A stretch of 64,000 bases of DNA from Armatimonadota bacterium (GCA_041690135.1 JAWLHY010000001.1:1376001-1440000); one strand, 5' to 3'; shown: positions 20,066-30,173, counted from the first letter of the stretch. Translations and numbers: made by a program. The notes: generated by a model from the letters alone, not told the origin.

Positions 20066-21217
20066 CTAGGTGGGGGTGGAGGGGTCGAAGAGGCGGCGGT
20101 GTTCTTCCAGGGCTTCCCGGTCCGTCAGGCCCGCCAGGTAGTCGGCGATGCAGCGGTGCAGCCCTTCCCCTTCGCGGTGGACGCCAGGCGGAAGCTGCCG
20201 CGGGTACTCCTCGTAGGAGTTGAACAGGGCTTCCAGGATGCGGCGCGCCTTGATCGACATCCGGTAGACCCGGTAATTGCGATAGACGTTCTCCCGCAGG
20301 AAGACGCGCAGCTCTTCGTTCTGCTCCGCCATGTCCGCACTGAGGCTGGCGGTGCAGTCGGGCGCCTGCCGGACGTCCTCTACTGTGTGAAGGCCCCACC
20401 CCCCGATGCGCTGCTCGACGGTGCGGGCCACGTCCTGGATCTGCTCGTTAATCAACGCGCGGACCCCCAGGAATTTGGCCTGGGCCGAAGTGAGGCCGGT
20501 GTAGTTGTCGAGCGCCGCGAGGCGCTTCCAGACCGCCACACCCTGAAGTTGCTCCAGGGTGATCAAACCGGCTGTCAAACCATCATCCAGGTCGTGGGCG
20601 TTGTAGGCGATCTGGTCGCAGGCGTCGGCGAGCTGCGCCTCCAGGGAAGGCCACCGGGATCCGGCAAACTCCGCGAATTCCGGTCCGGGAGCGTCGGGAT
20701 CGAACGACTTGCTGTGCTTCGCTATGCCCTCGCGCACTTCCCAGGTAAGGTTGAGGCCGCGGTACTGTGGGTAGCGCGACTCCAGATGGTCCACCACCCG
20801 CAGCCCCTGCCGGTTATGCTCGAAGCCGCCGTGCCCCGCGAGTAGCTTCTGCAGGGCCTCTTCGCCGGCGTGACCGAAAGGGGGATGTCCCACGTCGTGC
20901 ACGAGGGCGACGGATTCCGCGAGGTCCTCGTTGAGGCGCAGGAACCGGGCGAGCGAGCGCGTGATCTGGGTGGCTTCCAGGGTGTGCGTCAGGCGGGTGC
21001 GGTAGTAGTCGCCCTCGTGGTTGACGAAGACCTGGGTCTTATACTCCAGCTTCCGGAACGCGCTGCTGTGGATGATGCGGTCCCGGTCGCGCTCGAAGGG
21101 CGACCGCAGCGGGTGCTCCGGCTCCGGGTGTTGCCGGCCCCGTGTTTCCGCGGCCTTCACCGCCACGGGGCTCAGCTGCGCTTTCTCGCGCTCCAGGTAC
21201 TCGTCGCGCGTTCGCAT
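20066..21217 (-). CDS. dgt: dGTP triphosphohydrolase
   Basis: RDRDRIIHS.AFR.L..KTQV, RTRLTHTLE, HDVGHPPFGHAGE, IAY..HDLDD. Confidence 0.95.
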   Translation of the reverse strand: MRTRDEYLEREKAQLSPVAVKAAETRGRQHPEPEHPLRSPFERDRDRIIHSSAFRKLEYKTQVFVNHEGDYYRTRLTHTLEATQITRSLARFLRLNEDLAESVALVHDVGHPPFGHAGEEALQKLLAGHGGFEHNRQGLRVVDHLESRYPQYRGLNLTWEVREGIAKHSKSFDPDAPGPEFAEFAGSRWPSLEAQLADACDQIAYNAHDLDDGLTAGLITLEQLQGVAVWKRLAALDNYTGLTSAQAKFLGVRALINEQIQDVARTVEQRIGGWGLHTVEDVRQAPDCTASLSADMAEQNEELRVFLRENVYRNYRVYRMSIKARRILEALFNSYEEYPRQLPPGVHREGEGLHRCIADYLAGLTDREALEEHRRLFDPSTPT

Positions 21218-21222
21218 CGACC

Positions 21223-21954
21223 TTAACAGGAGTGGGCGGCGGCGATCTCGGCGGCGATGCCTTCCGCGGCGAGGCGCGGATCCGCCACGCCGGTGATGGC
21301 CCGGCCGACCACCAGGTAGTCGGCGCCCGCACGGGTGGCGGCGGCGGGAGTGGCTACCCGGGCCTGGTCGTGCGTATCCCCGCCGGCAGGGCGCACTCCG
21401 GGCGTGACGATCAGGAATTCCCGACCACAGGCAGCCCGGATCGCCTCGATCTCGTGGGGGGATGCCACCACGCCATCCAGCCCGCTCTCACGTGCGAGTA
21501 AGGCGAGCCGGACAACCTGGTCTTCCACCGCCCCACCAATTCCGATGGCGCCAAGGGCAGACTGGTCCAGGCTCGTCAGCACGGTGACCGCAATCACCAG
21601 GGGGCGTGGGACTCCGGCGTCGGAGGCGTAGGCGACGGCCGCATCCCGTGCCGCGCGCATGGCGGCGGCCCCGGCCATGGCGTGGACGTTCAGCAGCCAG
21701 GGGTTGAGGGCACAGGTCGAGCGGACGGCCCCCGCTACCGTGTTCGGAATATCCGAGAACTTGCCGTCGATGAAGAGCCGGTCCGCGCCGGCCGCCTGCA
21801 CCGCGCGAACGCCTTCCGGCCCCGCCGCATGCAGGAACTCCAATCCGAGCTTGAATGCCCCGACCGAACCCCGGAGCGCTTCAACCCACTGCGTGGCCTT
21901 TGCGACGTCGGGAGTGTCCAGGGCGACGATGATCCGTTCAGTTGCTGTATTCAC
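21223..21954 (-). CDS. pyrF: Orotidine-5'-phosphate decarboxylase
   Basis: IVALD, DGKFSDIPNTV, AVTVLTS, VTPGVRP, VVGR. Confidence 0.96.
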   Translation of the reverse strand: MNTATERIIVALDTPDVAKATQWVEALRGSVGAFKLGLEFLHAAGPEGVRAVQAAGADRLFIDGKFSDIPNTVAGAVRSTCALNPWLLNVHAMAGAAAMRAARDAAVAYASDAGVPRPLVIAVTVLTSLDQSALGAIGIGGAVEDQVVRLALLARESGLDGVVASPHEIEAIRAACGREFLIVTPGVRPAGGDTHDQARVATPAAATRAGADYLVVGRAITGVADPRLAAEGIAAEIAAAHSC

Positions 21955-21963
21955 ACGTATGTT

Positions 21964-22881
21964 TTAGAGCGTCGGGACGAGTTTGGCCCCTCTTTCGTGG
22001 GGTTTGAAGCCATCGGGCCAGCGTGTGGCACTGTCGTAGACGGCACCTGCCAGGCTCGCTTCCTGAATGATCAGGACTTCCGACAGGTCGGCGCCACACA
22101 GATCGGCCCCGCGCAGGTCGGTTCGCTGCAGGTTCGTTCCCTTCAGCACGGCACGCGACAGGTCCGTCCGCCCGAATCGGGCCCCCGCCAGGTTGGCATC
22201 GATCAGGACGGCGCCACAAAGCCGCGCCCCCGTGAGTTCCGCCCGGACCAGGTTGCACTCCGTGAGGTCGGCCCCGGTGAGTTCCGCATCGGTCAGGTCG
22301 ACGTTTTTCAAGTTGGCGCCGTTCAGGTTCGCCTCGGCCAGGTTCGCCTCGAAGAAGTTTCCGTACTGCAGATTCGCGTCGGTGAGGTCCGCTCCGGTCA
22401 GCTTGATTCCGCGCGCGCTGACGTTCAGCATCCGCACGCAATCCATGAGGGCCCGGCTGAAGTCCGCCTTGCGCAGTGTTGCTTCATCCAGGCAGGCCTG
22501 GCTCAGGCGCGCTCCCCGCAAGCTGGCGCGAGATAAGCGCGCCCCCAGAAGTGTCGCCTGCGTGAGGTCGGCGCCGTCGAGGTGGGTTTCCTCCAGGTTG
22601 GCGTCGATCAGCCGCGCCACCACCAGGGTCGCCTGGGAGAGGTTGGCGGCGTTCAGGTTCGCCCCTTCGAGGTTGGCGCGCGTGAGGTCCGCTCCGCGCA
22701 TGTTGACGCCGGCGAGCCGGGACGAGAGCAGGTTGGAGTGGGCCAGCCGTGCCCCGGCAAGGTTGAAGCTTTCGAGATCCGCACCGACGAGTCCGGTCGA
22801 TCTCAGGTCCGCTCCTTCCAGGCTGGGGAGATTGAGTTGGAGGAGGAGGCTGCGGGTCGCGCGATGACGGATCTCAACCAT
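21964..22881 (-). CDS. Pentapeptide repeat protein
   Basis: Long A(D/N)Lxx array, ending in YD..T.WP.GF. Confidence 0.93.
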   Translation of the reverse strand: MVEIRHRATRSLLLQLNLPSLEGADLRSTGLVGADLESFNLAGARLAHSNLLSSRLAGVNMRGADLTRANLEGANLNAANLSQATLVVARLIDANLEETHLDGADLTQATLLGARLSRASLRGARLSQACLDEATLRKADFSRALMDCVRMLNVSARGIKLTGADLTDANLQYGNFFEANLAEANLNGANLKNVDLTDAELTGADLTECNLVRAELTGARLCGAVLIDANLAGARFGRTDLSRAVLKGTNLQRTDLRGADLCGADLSEVLIIQEASLAGAVYDSATRWPDGFKPHERGAKLVPTL

Positions 22882-22958
22882 GGGTCGCTCCGGAGGGTAG
22901 GACGTGTGAGTGCGTCGAGCTGCATGGGTCGCCGTAGTCTCTGCGTGGATCTGTTTTT

Positions 22959-23402
22959 TTAGCTGCCGGAGTAGGGCTGGCCCGTGATGGCGGCACGGAC
23001 GGCCAACTCGTCGGCTCGTTCATTTGCAGGGACGCCCGCATGGCCTGCGACCTTGCGCATCTGGAACTCTCCACACTCGGTCACCAGGCGCCGCACGTCG
23101 TCCACCAGTTCTTTGTTTTCTTTAACCTTCCATCCCTTCGTCAGGCAGCCTATGGCATAAGCGCTGTCTGTATGGATGCGGACGGAAGCCGTTCCACGGT
23201 CTCGAATCTTGAGCAGTGCTTCCTTGATCGCGAGGAGCTCGGCCTTCTGATTGGTGCCTCTGCCGAGCGGGACCGCCCACTCGCGGTGGAAATCGCCGGA
23301 ATCAGCCACGATGCCGGCTCCCATCTGCCCTCCGCCCGGCTTTCCGTTCCCCGGGCAGGCACCGTCGGTATAAAAGTCAATACGTGTGAGACCGGGTTTC
23401 AT
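22959..23402 (-). CDS. rnhA: Ribonuclease HI
   Basis: YTDGAC.GN, TNQKAEL, TDSAY, VAGHAG...NERADELA. Confidence 0.93.
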   Translation of the reverse strand: MKPGLTRIDFYTDGACPGNGKPGGGQMGAGIVADSGDFHREWAVPLGRGTNQKAELLAIKEALLKIRDRGTASVRIHTDSAYAIGCLTKGWKVKENKELVDDVRRLVTECGEFQMRKVAGHAGVPANERADELAVRAAITGQPYSGS

Positions 23403-24289
23403 CAGGACCAGATTACGTCGGCCAGGGTGAACAGGAAGAGCCCAATGCTCACGAACCCGTTCACGGTAAAGAACGCGGCATTCACACGCGACAGGTCGTT
23501 CGGTTTGACCATCGCGTGCTCGCACACCAGAAGCGCGGCGACCACCGCGACTCCCGCGCAGTAGGCTGCCCCCAGGGTGACCAGGGCAGGCAGGCAAAGG
23601 AGCAGAGCCACGGCGACGGCGTGCATAAAACGGCTTACCAGCAGTGCCCGGGCCGCGCCAAGCCGTGCCGGGATGCTGCGCAGCCCCTGCTTCCGGTCGA
23701 AGTCGATATCCTGCAGGGCGTAAATGATGTCGAACCCCCCCACCCAGAGCATCACGGCGGCGGTGAGCAACACGGGGGCCCAGTCCAGCCGCCCCGTCAC
23801 TGCGATCCACGCCGCGGAAGGAGCGATGCCGATGGCAAGACCCAGTACGAGGTGGCAGTACGGAGTGAAGCGCTTGGTGTAGGAATAGCCCCAGATCACG
23901 GCCAGCGCCACCGGAGACAGTATGAGCGTTAGCGGGTTCAACTGCCAGGCCGCCAACAGGAACAGCAGCGTCGTGACGACAACGAAGAGCCACACCTGCG
24001 CGGGAGTGAGCTGCCCGGCAGGGAGCGCCCGGACCTGGGTGCGGGGGTTCCGGCGGTCGAACTCCACGTCCACGAGCCGGTTGAACGCCATGGCGCTGCT
24101 CCGCGCGCCCACCATCGCCAGCAGGATCCAACCCAGGACCGGCAGCGAGGGGATCCGGTGTTCGGCAAGCACGGCGGCCATCAGCGCGAACGGCAACGCG
24201 AACACCGTATGTTCGAACTTGATCATCTCGAGGATGACCTTGAGTTGTCTCCCCGCTTTAGTAATGGGGTTCACCGATTCGGCTGTCAT
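23402..24289 (-). CDS. mqnP: UbiA-family prenyltransferase (futalosine pathway MqnP-like)
   Basis: KFEHTVFALPF, FNRLVD...D..NPRT, YSYTKRF, DIIYALQD; follows the UbiD-like gene. Confidence 0.85.
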   Translation of the reverse strand: MTAESVNPITKAGRQLKVILEMIKFEHTVFALPFALMAAVLAEHRIPSLPVLGWILLAMVGARSSAMAFNRLVDVEFDRRNPRTQVRALPAGQLTPAQVWLFVVVTTLLFLLAAWQLNPLTLILSPVALAVIWGYSYTKRFTPYCHLVLGLAIGIAPSAAWIAVTGRLDWAPVLLTAAVMLWVGGFDIIYALQDIDFDRKQGLRSIPARLGAARALLVSRFMHAVAVALLLCLPALVTLGAAYCAGVAVVAALLVCEHAMVKPNDLSRVNAAFFTVNGFVSIGLFLFTLADVIWS

Positions 24290-24326
24290 TCAGGTTCCAA
24301 CCCTACTGCTGCTAGATGGCGGCGCC

Positions 24327-25775
24327 CTAACGGTCCAATCCCAGTTGGCCCCAAATCTTATCGACGTTCTTGCGCACCTGCTCGTCCATCTCAATATCAG
24401 GCGGCCACTCCCGGTTGTACCCTTCGGTGGCCCACTTGGTGGTGGCGTCGATCCCCATCTTGCTGCCGAAGAACTGCTGCGGGCTGGCATGGTCGAGGTG
24501 ATCGATCGGTCCGCGGGTGAAGAGGATATCCCGCTGGGCGTCGATGTTGTTGCTCACACGCCACAGCACCTCGACCGGGTCGTGCACGTTCACGTTCGCG
24601 TCCACCACCACGATGCACTTGCAGAACATCATCTGCCCTAGGCCCCACAGCGCGTTCATCACCTTGTATGCATGACCGGGGTACCGCTTGTTGATCGATA
24701 CGATTACCAGGTTGTGGAAACAGGCCTCAACCGGCAGGTTCATATCCACGATCTCGGGGACCACCAGCCGGAGAAGCGGCAGGAACAGGCGCTCCGTCGC
24801 TTTGCCCAGCCACGCGTCCTCCATGGGTGGGCGCCCGACGATGGTGCTGGGGTAGATCGGCCGCTTCCGACGGGTGACGCACGTGAGGTGGAAAACCGGG
24901 AAAGGCTCCGGCAGGGTGTAATAGCCGGTGTGATCGCCGAAAGGCCCCTCCATCCGGCGTTCCGTCGGATCGACGTACCCCTCCAGAACCACATCACAGC
25001 AGGCAGGGACTTCCAGGTCACTCGTTTCGCATTGGACCAGATCGATCGGCTTCTGGCGCAGCCAACCCGCAAACAGCAGCTCATCGATCTCCGGCGGGAG
25101 CGGCGCCGTGGCGGCGTAGGTGAGCACCGGATCTCCACCCAGGCACACGGCCACGGGGAACGGCTCGCGCGCCAGGCGCTCGTGCTCCGCCCCGACCTTG
25201 TGGAGCTGCCAGTGCATTCCGGTGGTGCGGCTGTCGTACTTCTGCATCCGGTACATCCCCATGTTCCGCTTGCCGGAGACGGGATGCCGGGTGATGACCA
25301 GCGGGAACGTGATGAAAGGTCCGCCGTCCTGCGGCCAGCACGTCTGGATGGGTAGGAAGTCGAGGGACGGGTTCTCTCGGATCAAGACTTCCTTGCAGGG
25401 ACCGTCCTTCACCCGCCGTGGTGGCGCCGTGGTCGCCGTACTCAGAAGCGCTCCGCCCAGGCCCAGCTTGTCCCCCAGGGTTTTGGGCATGCGCATGAGC
25501 TGGCCCATGAGGCCTTCGATGCGCCGCGCGCCCTCGTCGAGCTCCTTCAGGCCTAGCGCCGCCGCCATCCGGTTTTTAGAGCCGAAAGCGTTGATCAGCA
25601 GCGGCACGTCGTAGCCCCTGGGCTTCTCGAACAGGAGCGCCGGACCGCCGGCCTTCACCACCCGGTCGGTGATCTCGGTGATCTCCAGGTAGGGGTCCGC
25701 GGGGTACTGGATGCGCTTGAGCTCGCCCATCCGCTCGAGGCGAGCCACAAAATCGTCAAGTGTTGAATAGGCCAT
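24327..25775 (-). CDS. mqnL: UbiD-family menaquinone biosynthesis decarboxylase (MqnL-like)
   Basis: GGPALLFE, RN.GMYRMQ, EGPFGDHTGYY, GSKMGIDAT. Confidence 0.9.
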   Translation of the reverse strand: MAYSTLDDFVARLERMGELKRIQYPADPYLEITEITDRVVKAGGPALLFEKPRGYDVPLLINAFGSKNRMAAALGLKELDEGARRIEGLMGQLMRMPKTLGDKLGLGGALLSTATTAPPRRVKDGPCKEVLIRENPSLDFLPIQTCWPQDGGPFITFPLVITRHPVSGKRNMGMYRMQKYDSRTTGMHWQLHKVGAEHERLAREPFPVAVCLGGDPVLTYAATAPLPPEIDELLFAGWLRQKPIDLVQCETSDLEVPACCDVVLEGYVDPTERRMEGPFGDHTGYYTLPEPFPVFHLTCVTRRKRPIYPSTIVGRPPMEDAWLGKATERLFLPLLRLVVPEIVDMNLPVEACFHNLVIVSINKRYPGHAYKVMNALWGLGQMMFCKCIVVVDANVNVHDPVEVLWRVSNNIDAQRDILFTRGPIDHLDHASPQQFFGSKMGIDATTKWATEGYNREWPPDIEMDEQVRKNVDKIWGQLGLDR

Positions 25776-25780
25776 CCGGG

Positions 25781-25844
25781 TCAGGTGTACAGGCAGTCAG
25801 GTGTACAGGCGGTCAGGTGTTCAGGCGGTCAGGTGTTCAGGCGT
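25781..25844. repeat. Tandem 8-mer array (T/A)CAGG(T/C)NN x8 (16-bp unit x4), 5 nt upstream of the mqnL start
   Basis: tcaggtgt acaggcag tcaggtgt acaggcgg tcaggtgt tcaggcgg tcaggtgt tcaggcgt. Confidence 0.85.
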
Positions 25845-25849
25845 TGGGC

Positions 25850-25869
25850 CCCCCCTGTGGGGGGTAAAC
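25850..25869 (+). mobile_element. Hairpin micro-element copy 1 (CCCCCCTGTGGGGGGTAAAC)
   Basis: Removal restores the heptamer run cgttggg-cgttggg-cattggg. Confidence 0.5.
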
Positions 25870-26253
25870 GTTGGGCATTGGGAATTCAAGCGGTCAAGTG
25901 GTCGGTTCATCAACCGAGTGAATGAGCTGGCTACCGTGGCCGCATGCTGGGTGCAATTCGTAGGGCGGGCGAGGGGAGCGGTGGAGTTGAGCATTGGGGC
26001 AGCCTGCCACGAAGGGTTCGAACACTGAAAGAAGCTCCCTTGCATGCCGGGTCATTGTATCACCGGGCCCTCGAGACGATACGCGCCATAGCGCAGTGGG
26101 CGGGGTTGGGCGGCATGGGGAATCCGAACTGGAATTCAAATCAAGAGAAGTTGATGAACCGTGCAGACCCACCGCCGTTCAGTGGGAGAGGAATCAACAT
26201 GGCGGTTGTCTGACCCTAAGGGCAGACGCAAGAAGGTCCGATAGGAGATCGAC

Positions 26254-27651
26254 GTGCTTATCCCCTGCCCGGCATGTGAGAACCAGGTATCGGTACAGGC
26301 GCCCATCTGTCCCCGGTGCGGCCATCCGATAGCCTCCGGTGTTGAGGGGGGGAGACTGGAAGCCGCGCACCCCCCGGACCTGGCCTCTTACGCGGCTCCA
26401 CCGGGAGTTCACCAGGAGGGGGCACCGTTTCCGCCCAATAACATCGGCATCTCCGGCGTGGATGCTTCGCGCTCCGCGGCAGAGGAGAGTGTGCCCGGGG
26501 AGGCGACGCCAGGGCAGGTGCAGGAAGCGTCTGCGAATCTTGTGGAGGCACCCGCATCCGGACCCGATGCAGCGGTTCCTTGCGGAACAGAGGCAGTTCC
26601 CGCCCCTGCTTCCGAAGCGCGGCAGCCCGATCCCCCAGTTTCAGCGCCATCGCCAGCCGCGGGGATCCCCCAGCGGGCACGCGAGATTCCTGGAAGCGTG
26701 CCCGCCGCCGTGACCATCCTCTTGTTGATGGTGGTCGACGTGGCAGCCTATCTGATGGTGGAAGAAGCGCGCCAGGGGCCGCGCGCCTCCATTTGCGGCG
26801 CACTGATTGTCGCGTTGGGTCTTCTCTTCGGAGGACCCGGATTTCGGACCTGGGGCGTCTTCGCCTTCTCGGCAGGGCTGCTTCTCTGGCCGCTAATCCT
26901 GGCCTCCGGATTGCGGGGACAGGCCGTACCTTCCGATTATGTGAGCATCCTGCCCAACATCGGGATCATTATGCTGCTTTCGGGCATTCCAAGCCGCCGG
27001 CGCATCCGGGCCGGCGTGGGCGTGGTAGTAGCGGCAATGGCCCTTTCGTTTGGCGTAGGGGTGCTGGAGGGATTACACCCGGAGTGGGGACGCTCACTTC
27101 CAACGACGTTACCGGATGCCGAGGCCCCGCCACTCGAGGGCGCGACCACGCACTTTGTGCTTCCTGACCAGTTCGGCGGGCTTGCGCTCGACGTGCCCGC
27201 GGAGTATCCGCAGTTCTATGAGGATCCGTCACAGGCGACCACGGAAAAGTCCAAATACCTGGAAGCTTCCGCACTCTACACCATGGACCCAGAGCGGGTG
27301 TTCATTGTCGCGTACGCCCTCACCCCCGACGGCGATTACGACATCAACAAAGGCGCCGACGGCGTAGAGGAGAATGCCAGGAGCGAGCACCCGGAGTTCA
27401 AGCTGCTTTCGCGTAAGCGTGCGAAAGTAGCGGGCCTCGACTCGGTGCGGCTCATCACCCGGATCGCCTCCGACCCGCCCGACTACCTGCGCTACGAGCT
27501 TCTCCGCGATGGGCGCTATGTTTACATCTTTGGCGCTCATGCATCGGAGGCTTCCGATTTGACCACGGGTCAAGTCCAGAAGATGTTCGCCTCGATCCGG
27601 TTAGGCGACCTGCCGGAACCGACAGCCTGGGAAGCGAAAGGCGGCGAATAG
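26254..27651 (+). CDS. Zinc-ribbon + Pro/Ala linker + multi-TM + C-terminal soluble domain protein
   Basis: CPAC..CPRCG at the N-terminus; AGGAG before GTG; about 5 hydrophobic segments. Confidence 0.8.
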   Translation: MLIPCPACENQVSVQAPICPRCGHPIASGVEGGRLEAAHPPDLASYAAPPGVHQEGAPFPPNNIGISGVDASRSAAEESVPGEATPGQVQEASANLVEAPASGPDAAVPCGTEAVPAPASEARQPDPPVSAPSPAAGIPQRAREIPGSVPAAVTILLLMVVDVAAYLMVEEARQGPRASICGALIVALGLLFGGPGFRTWGVFAFSAGLLLWPLILASGLRGQAVPSDYVSILPNIGIIMLLSGIPSRRRIRAGVGVVVAAMALSFGVGVLEGLHPEWGRSLPTTLPDAEAPPLEGATTHFVLPDQFGGLALDVPAEYPQFYEDPSQATTEKSKYLEASALYTMDPERVFIVAYALTPDGDYDINKGADGVEENARSEHPEFKLLSRKRAKVAGLDSVRLITRIASDPPDYLRYELLRDGRYVYIFGAHASEASDLTTGQVQKMFASIRLGDLPEPTAWEAKGGE

Positions 27652-27654
27652 ATT

Positions 27655-27837
27655 GTGGAATTCGCAAATCGCGCGTTCCCGAATACACGCAGCATCGAAG
27701 TCAGGGACCTCGCTCCTGTCGGGAAGGAGACGACCCACGAGATCATCCTGAGTGACGGGCGCCGCGGCAAATTCGAGGTCCTGTGGGAGACCGGCAAGAG
27801 TCGGCCCAAGCCGCGAATCCTATCGATCACACGGTGA
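27655..27837 (+). CDS. 60-aa hypothetical ORF in frame with the upstream gene
   Basis: Protein-like sequence, followed directly by a terminator-like hairpin. Confidence 0.4.
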   Translation: MEFANRAFPNTRSIEVRDLAPVGKETTHEIILSDGRRGKFEVLWETGKSRPKPRILSITR

Positions 27838-27843
27838 GCCATT

Positions 27844-27870
27844 CAGGACCCGGAGCTCGGCCGGGTCCTG
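27844..27870. terminator. Hairpin between convergent genes
   Basis: CAGGACCCGG-N7-CCGGGTCCTG perfect 10-bp stem. Confidence 0.6.
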
Positions 27871-27932
27871 TAATCATCCCTGCTGCCGAGCGGGCCGCGT
27901 TCTGGGAGTCTTCAGGCTGCGGGTCGAAGCAG

Positions 27933-29648
27933 TCAGAGCAGCCGGCCGGCTGGGCCGGCGGGGTGCCAGGCTTCGATGTCCGGCTCCTTGTCGAGCGGCA
28001 TATAGTACTCGCGGGTCAGGGTCTCCCGGAGCTGCGGCAGGACGTCTTTCCGGGCGAGGATGAGCACGTATCCCCCACCCCCGGCACCCATCAGGCCCGC
28101 GCCCAGCACGCCGGGAACGCGCTGGGAAAGATCCACCAGGCGGTCGAGCTCCCAAATACTGGCACCGTAGAACCCCGGCTCGTGCCGGAGGGCGCGCTCT
28201 TCGCCGGAAATAACGGCCTGGAGGGACTCTGAAAGGAAGCCGTCCGCGAGGCGTTCGCGACTGGTCCGATACTCTTCATCCCCGGTAAAGAGGCGGTCGC
28301 CGTCGTGCGTGATCGACATCAGGCGCCCGAACTCCGCCATGGCATTGGGATCGGCCGCATCCAGCAGGTCCGGCATCTCGCGACCGCGGTCGACGCGTCC
28401 CAGGCCGTAGACGGCTGCTCCGCGCAGCGGGATATCCTGGGGCACCTGCGCGGGGTCCTCGGTGCCGAAGCAGCCGCGCGCGGCGGCACCGAACACTTCG
28501 GGGAAGCGCTGGGCCAGTTCCACGCCCGATACGGACTCCGGCAGCCGCAGAAGGAGGCGGTAGAGGTCCGCGGGAGCGATCCGCCCGGTGTGCAGGTCGC
28601 CCAGGCTGTACGTCTCCGCGATGACTTCCGGCGGCAATCCCAGGGCTGCCATCTCCTCTTTGAGGGCCAGGAAGGCGAAGCGGTAGGCGAAGATACCCCG
28701 GTTGAAGAGAAGGCGCTCCTCGGCGCTCTTCTCGCTGCGGGTCTGTGAGTTGGCGACGATCAACTGGTAGTCGGCCGGGAAGCGCGAGTATTTCACGCCG
28801 CGCACGCCGAACGGTGCCCGGAAGCAGAGGTGGGTCAACCCTTCCGGGTTGCCGAGCAGCATCGACGCGTGATCGCCGGAGCCGCCCCGCGTCCCCACAT
28901 ACCACTCCGCCTCTCCGCAGCGCTCGGCGAGTTGGCGCCGGTCGGCCGCGACCTGGCCCAACTGCGCCAGCGCCAGGATCGACGTAACGACCAGGGCCGA
29001 TGAAGAGCTCTGGCCGCCGCCCTGCGTGATGTTACCGTTCAGGGTGAGGCGCAGGCCGGGAAGCGGCGCTTTGCCATGGGCGTGGTGCATCCGCATCACG
29101 CCGGCCTTCACATAGTTGATGGTCCCGCGACGATCCCGTTCCTGGGCCTTCGCGTCGAGGTTGCGGCGGACCTCCGCCACCACGGCGGGGGTCTCCAGGT
29201 AACTGAACCAATCCGCCATCCATGCGGCGCGGTCCCGAGCGATCTCTTCTTCGACGGAAAAAGCCAGCCTTGTGTGGAAACGCGGGTCGCAATTGGTAAT
29301 CTCAACCCGGTCGTCTTCCGCCGGCGCCACCACGGTCAGCAACTCGCGGACGTGCAATCCGTAAGGCACCCATGCCCCCTGGTGGTCCGAGTGGGGGTTG
29401 AGGGAGATCCGGGAAGGCGACCGGTAAAGCGCACAGGGGCGATCACCGTAACTTTCCAGGAAACGGTCCAGCACCTGGAGGGCCGCCGCCCTTCGCTCCT
29501 GGACCACCTCGGGATCGCGCCCGTAGATCTGCGCGAACCGGTCCTGGACCGTGGCCGTGTCTAGGGCTATGGCGGAGTGGAGTTCCGCGGCCGGCGTCAG
29601 CGACGCGGGCTCATTTGGCAACGCTGAAGGGAATATCGAATCGGGCAT
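27933..29648 (-). CDS. Divergent galactokinase-like GHMP kinase
   Basis: SPSRISL..HSDH, GGGQSSSSAL, EAEWYVGTRGG..DH, GAGLMGAGGGG. Confidence 0.8.
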   Translation of the reverse strand: MPDSIFPSALPNEPASLTPAAELHSAIALDTATVQDRFAQIYGRDPEVVQERRAAALQVLDRFLESYGDRPCALYRSPSRISLNPHSDHQGAWVPYGLHVRELLTVVAPAEDDRVEITNCDPRFHTRLAFSVEEEIARDRAAWMADWFSYLETPAVVAEVRRNLDAKAQERDRRGTINYVKAGVMRMHHAHGKAPLPGLRLTLNGNITQGGGQSSSSALVVTSILALAQLGQVAADRRQLAERCGEAEWYVGTRGGSGDHASMLLGNPEGLTHLCFRAPFGVRGVKYSRFPADYQLIVANSQTRSEKSAEERLLFNRGIFAYRFAFLALKEEMAALGLPPEVIAETYSLGDLHTGRIAPADLYRLLLRLPESVSGVELAQRFPEVFGAAARGCFGTEDPAQVPQDIPLRGAAVYGLGRVDRGREMPDLLDAADPNAMAEFGRLMSITHDGDRLFTGDEEYRTSRERLADGFLSESLQAVISGEERALRHEPGFYGASIWELDRLVDLSQRVPGVLGAGLMGAGGGGYVLILARKDVLPQLRETLTREYYMPLDKEPDIEAWHPAGPAGRLL

Positions 29649-30009
29649 CGGGTTGGCTCTGGCGGGATACGGTAACCGCGGCCTCCCACTTGCCGTTCAT
29701 CCCGGTCGAAAGCTCGTTGGCTTCATAGCGACCGGGCGCCGTTTCCGTGCAACTGGCGGTGGGGCCGGGCTGGTTCATCGACTTGTAGAACAGCGCCAGG
29801 TTCACCCGGGCGCCCGTGATGGGAGCGTTGTTCTCAGTCAAGATGACGGCAAAACCGCTGTCATGCCCTACACGCGGAGGGTCCGGATTTGTCTCCAGCC
29901 TCGCCTGCAGAACCCCCACCGAACGGACCCGCTCGTCCGTTCCCTTTTCTTTGCCGCCGCATCCGGCCGTGAGTACCACAGCCAACAACCCTGGAAACAC
30001 GCCACGCAT
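29611..30009 (-). CDS. YtkA/FixH-like Ig-fold lipoprotein
   Basis: Lipobox LTAGC; PITGARV, PGRYEA...M.GKW; GGAGGG RBS. Confidence 0.75.
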   Translation of the reverse strand: MRGVFPGLLAVVLTAGCGGKEKGTDERVRSVGVLQARLETNPDPPRVGHDSGFAVILTENNAPITGARVNLALFYKSMNQPGPTASCTETAPGRYEANELSTGMNGKWEAAVTVSRQSQPDARFDIPFSVAK

Positions 30010-30173
30010 AACCCCTCCCTGTGTCGCATGCGACACTCTGGCTGAGTTCGGCGCGCGGCGTCTCATTCCCTGGAGAGATCCGGCAATCGCCTGGATGCGG
30101 ACCGGGCAACAACGCTCCCGATGCTCAACATCCACGGTGCCGATCTGCGCCACCTGCGTGCATGGCGATCCGA

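Noticed and set aside
21964-22881. 15-bp periodicity as a DNA repeat element
   Set aside because: Fully explained by the pentapeptide-repeat protein.
25781-25844. Tandem arrays or REP doublets as a CRISPR array
   Set aside because: Units are 7-16 bp with no unique spacers, the REP copies are inverted and irregularly spaced, and no cas genes are present.
25870-26250. Small ORFs or ncRNA upstream of the zinc-ribbon gene
   Set aside because: Several conflicting short frames and no recognisable motif or RNA fold.
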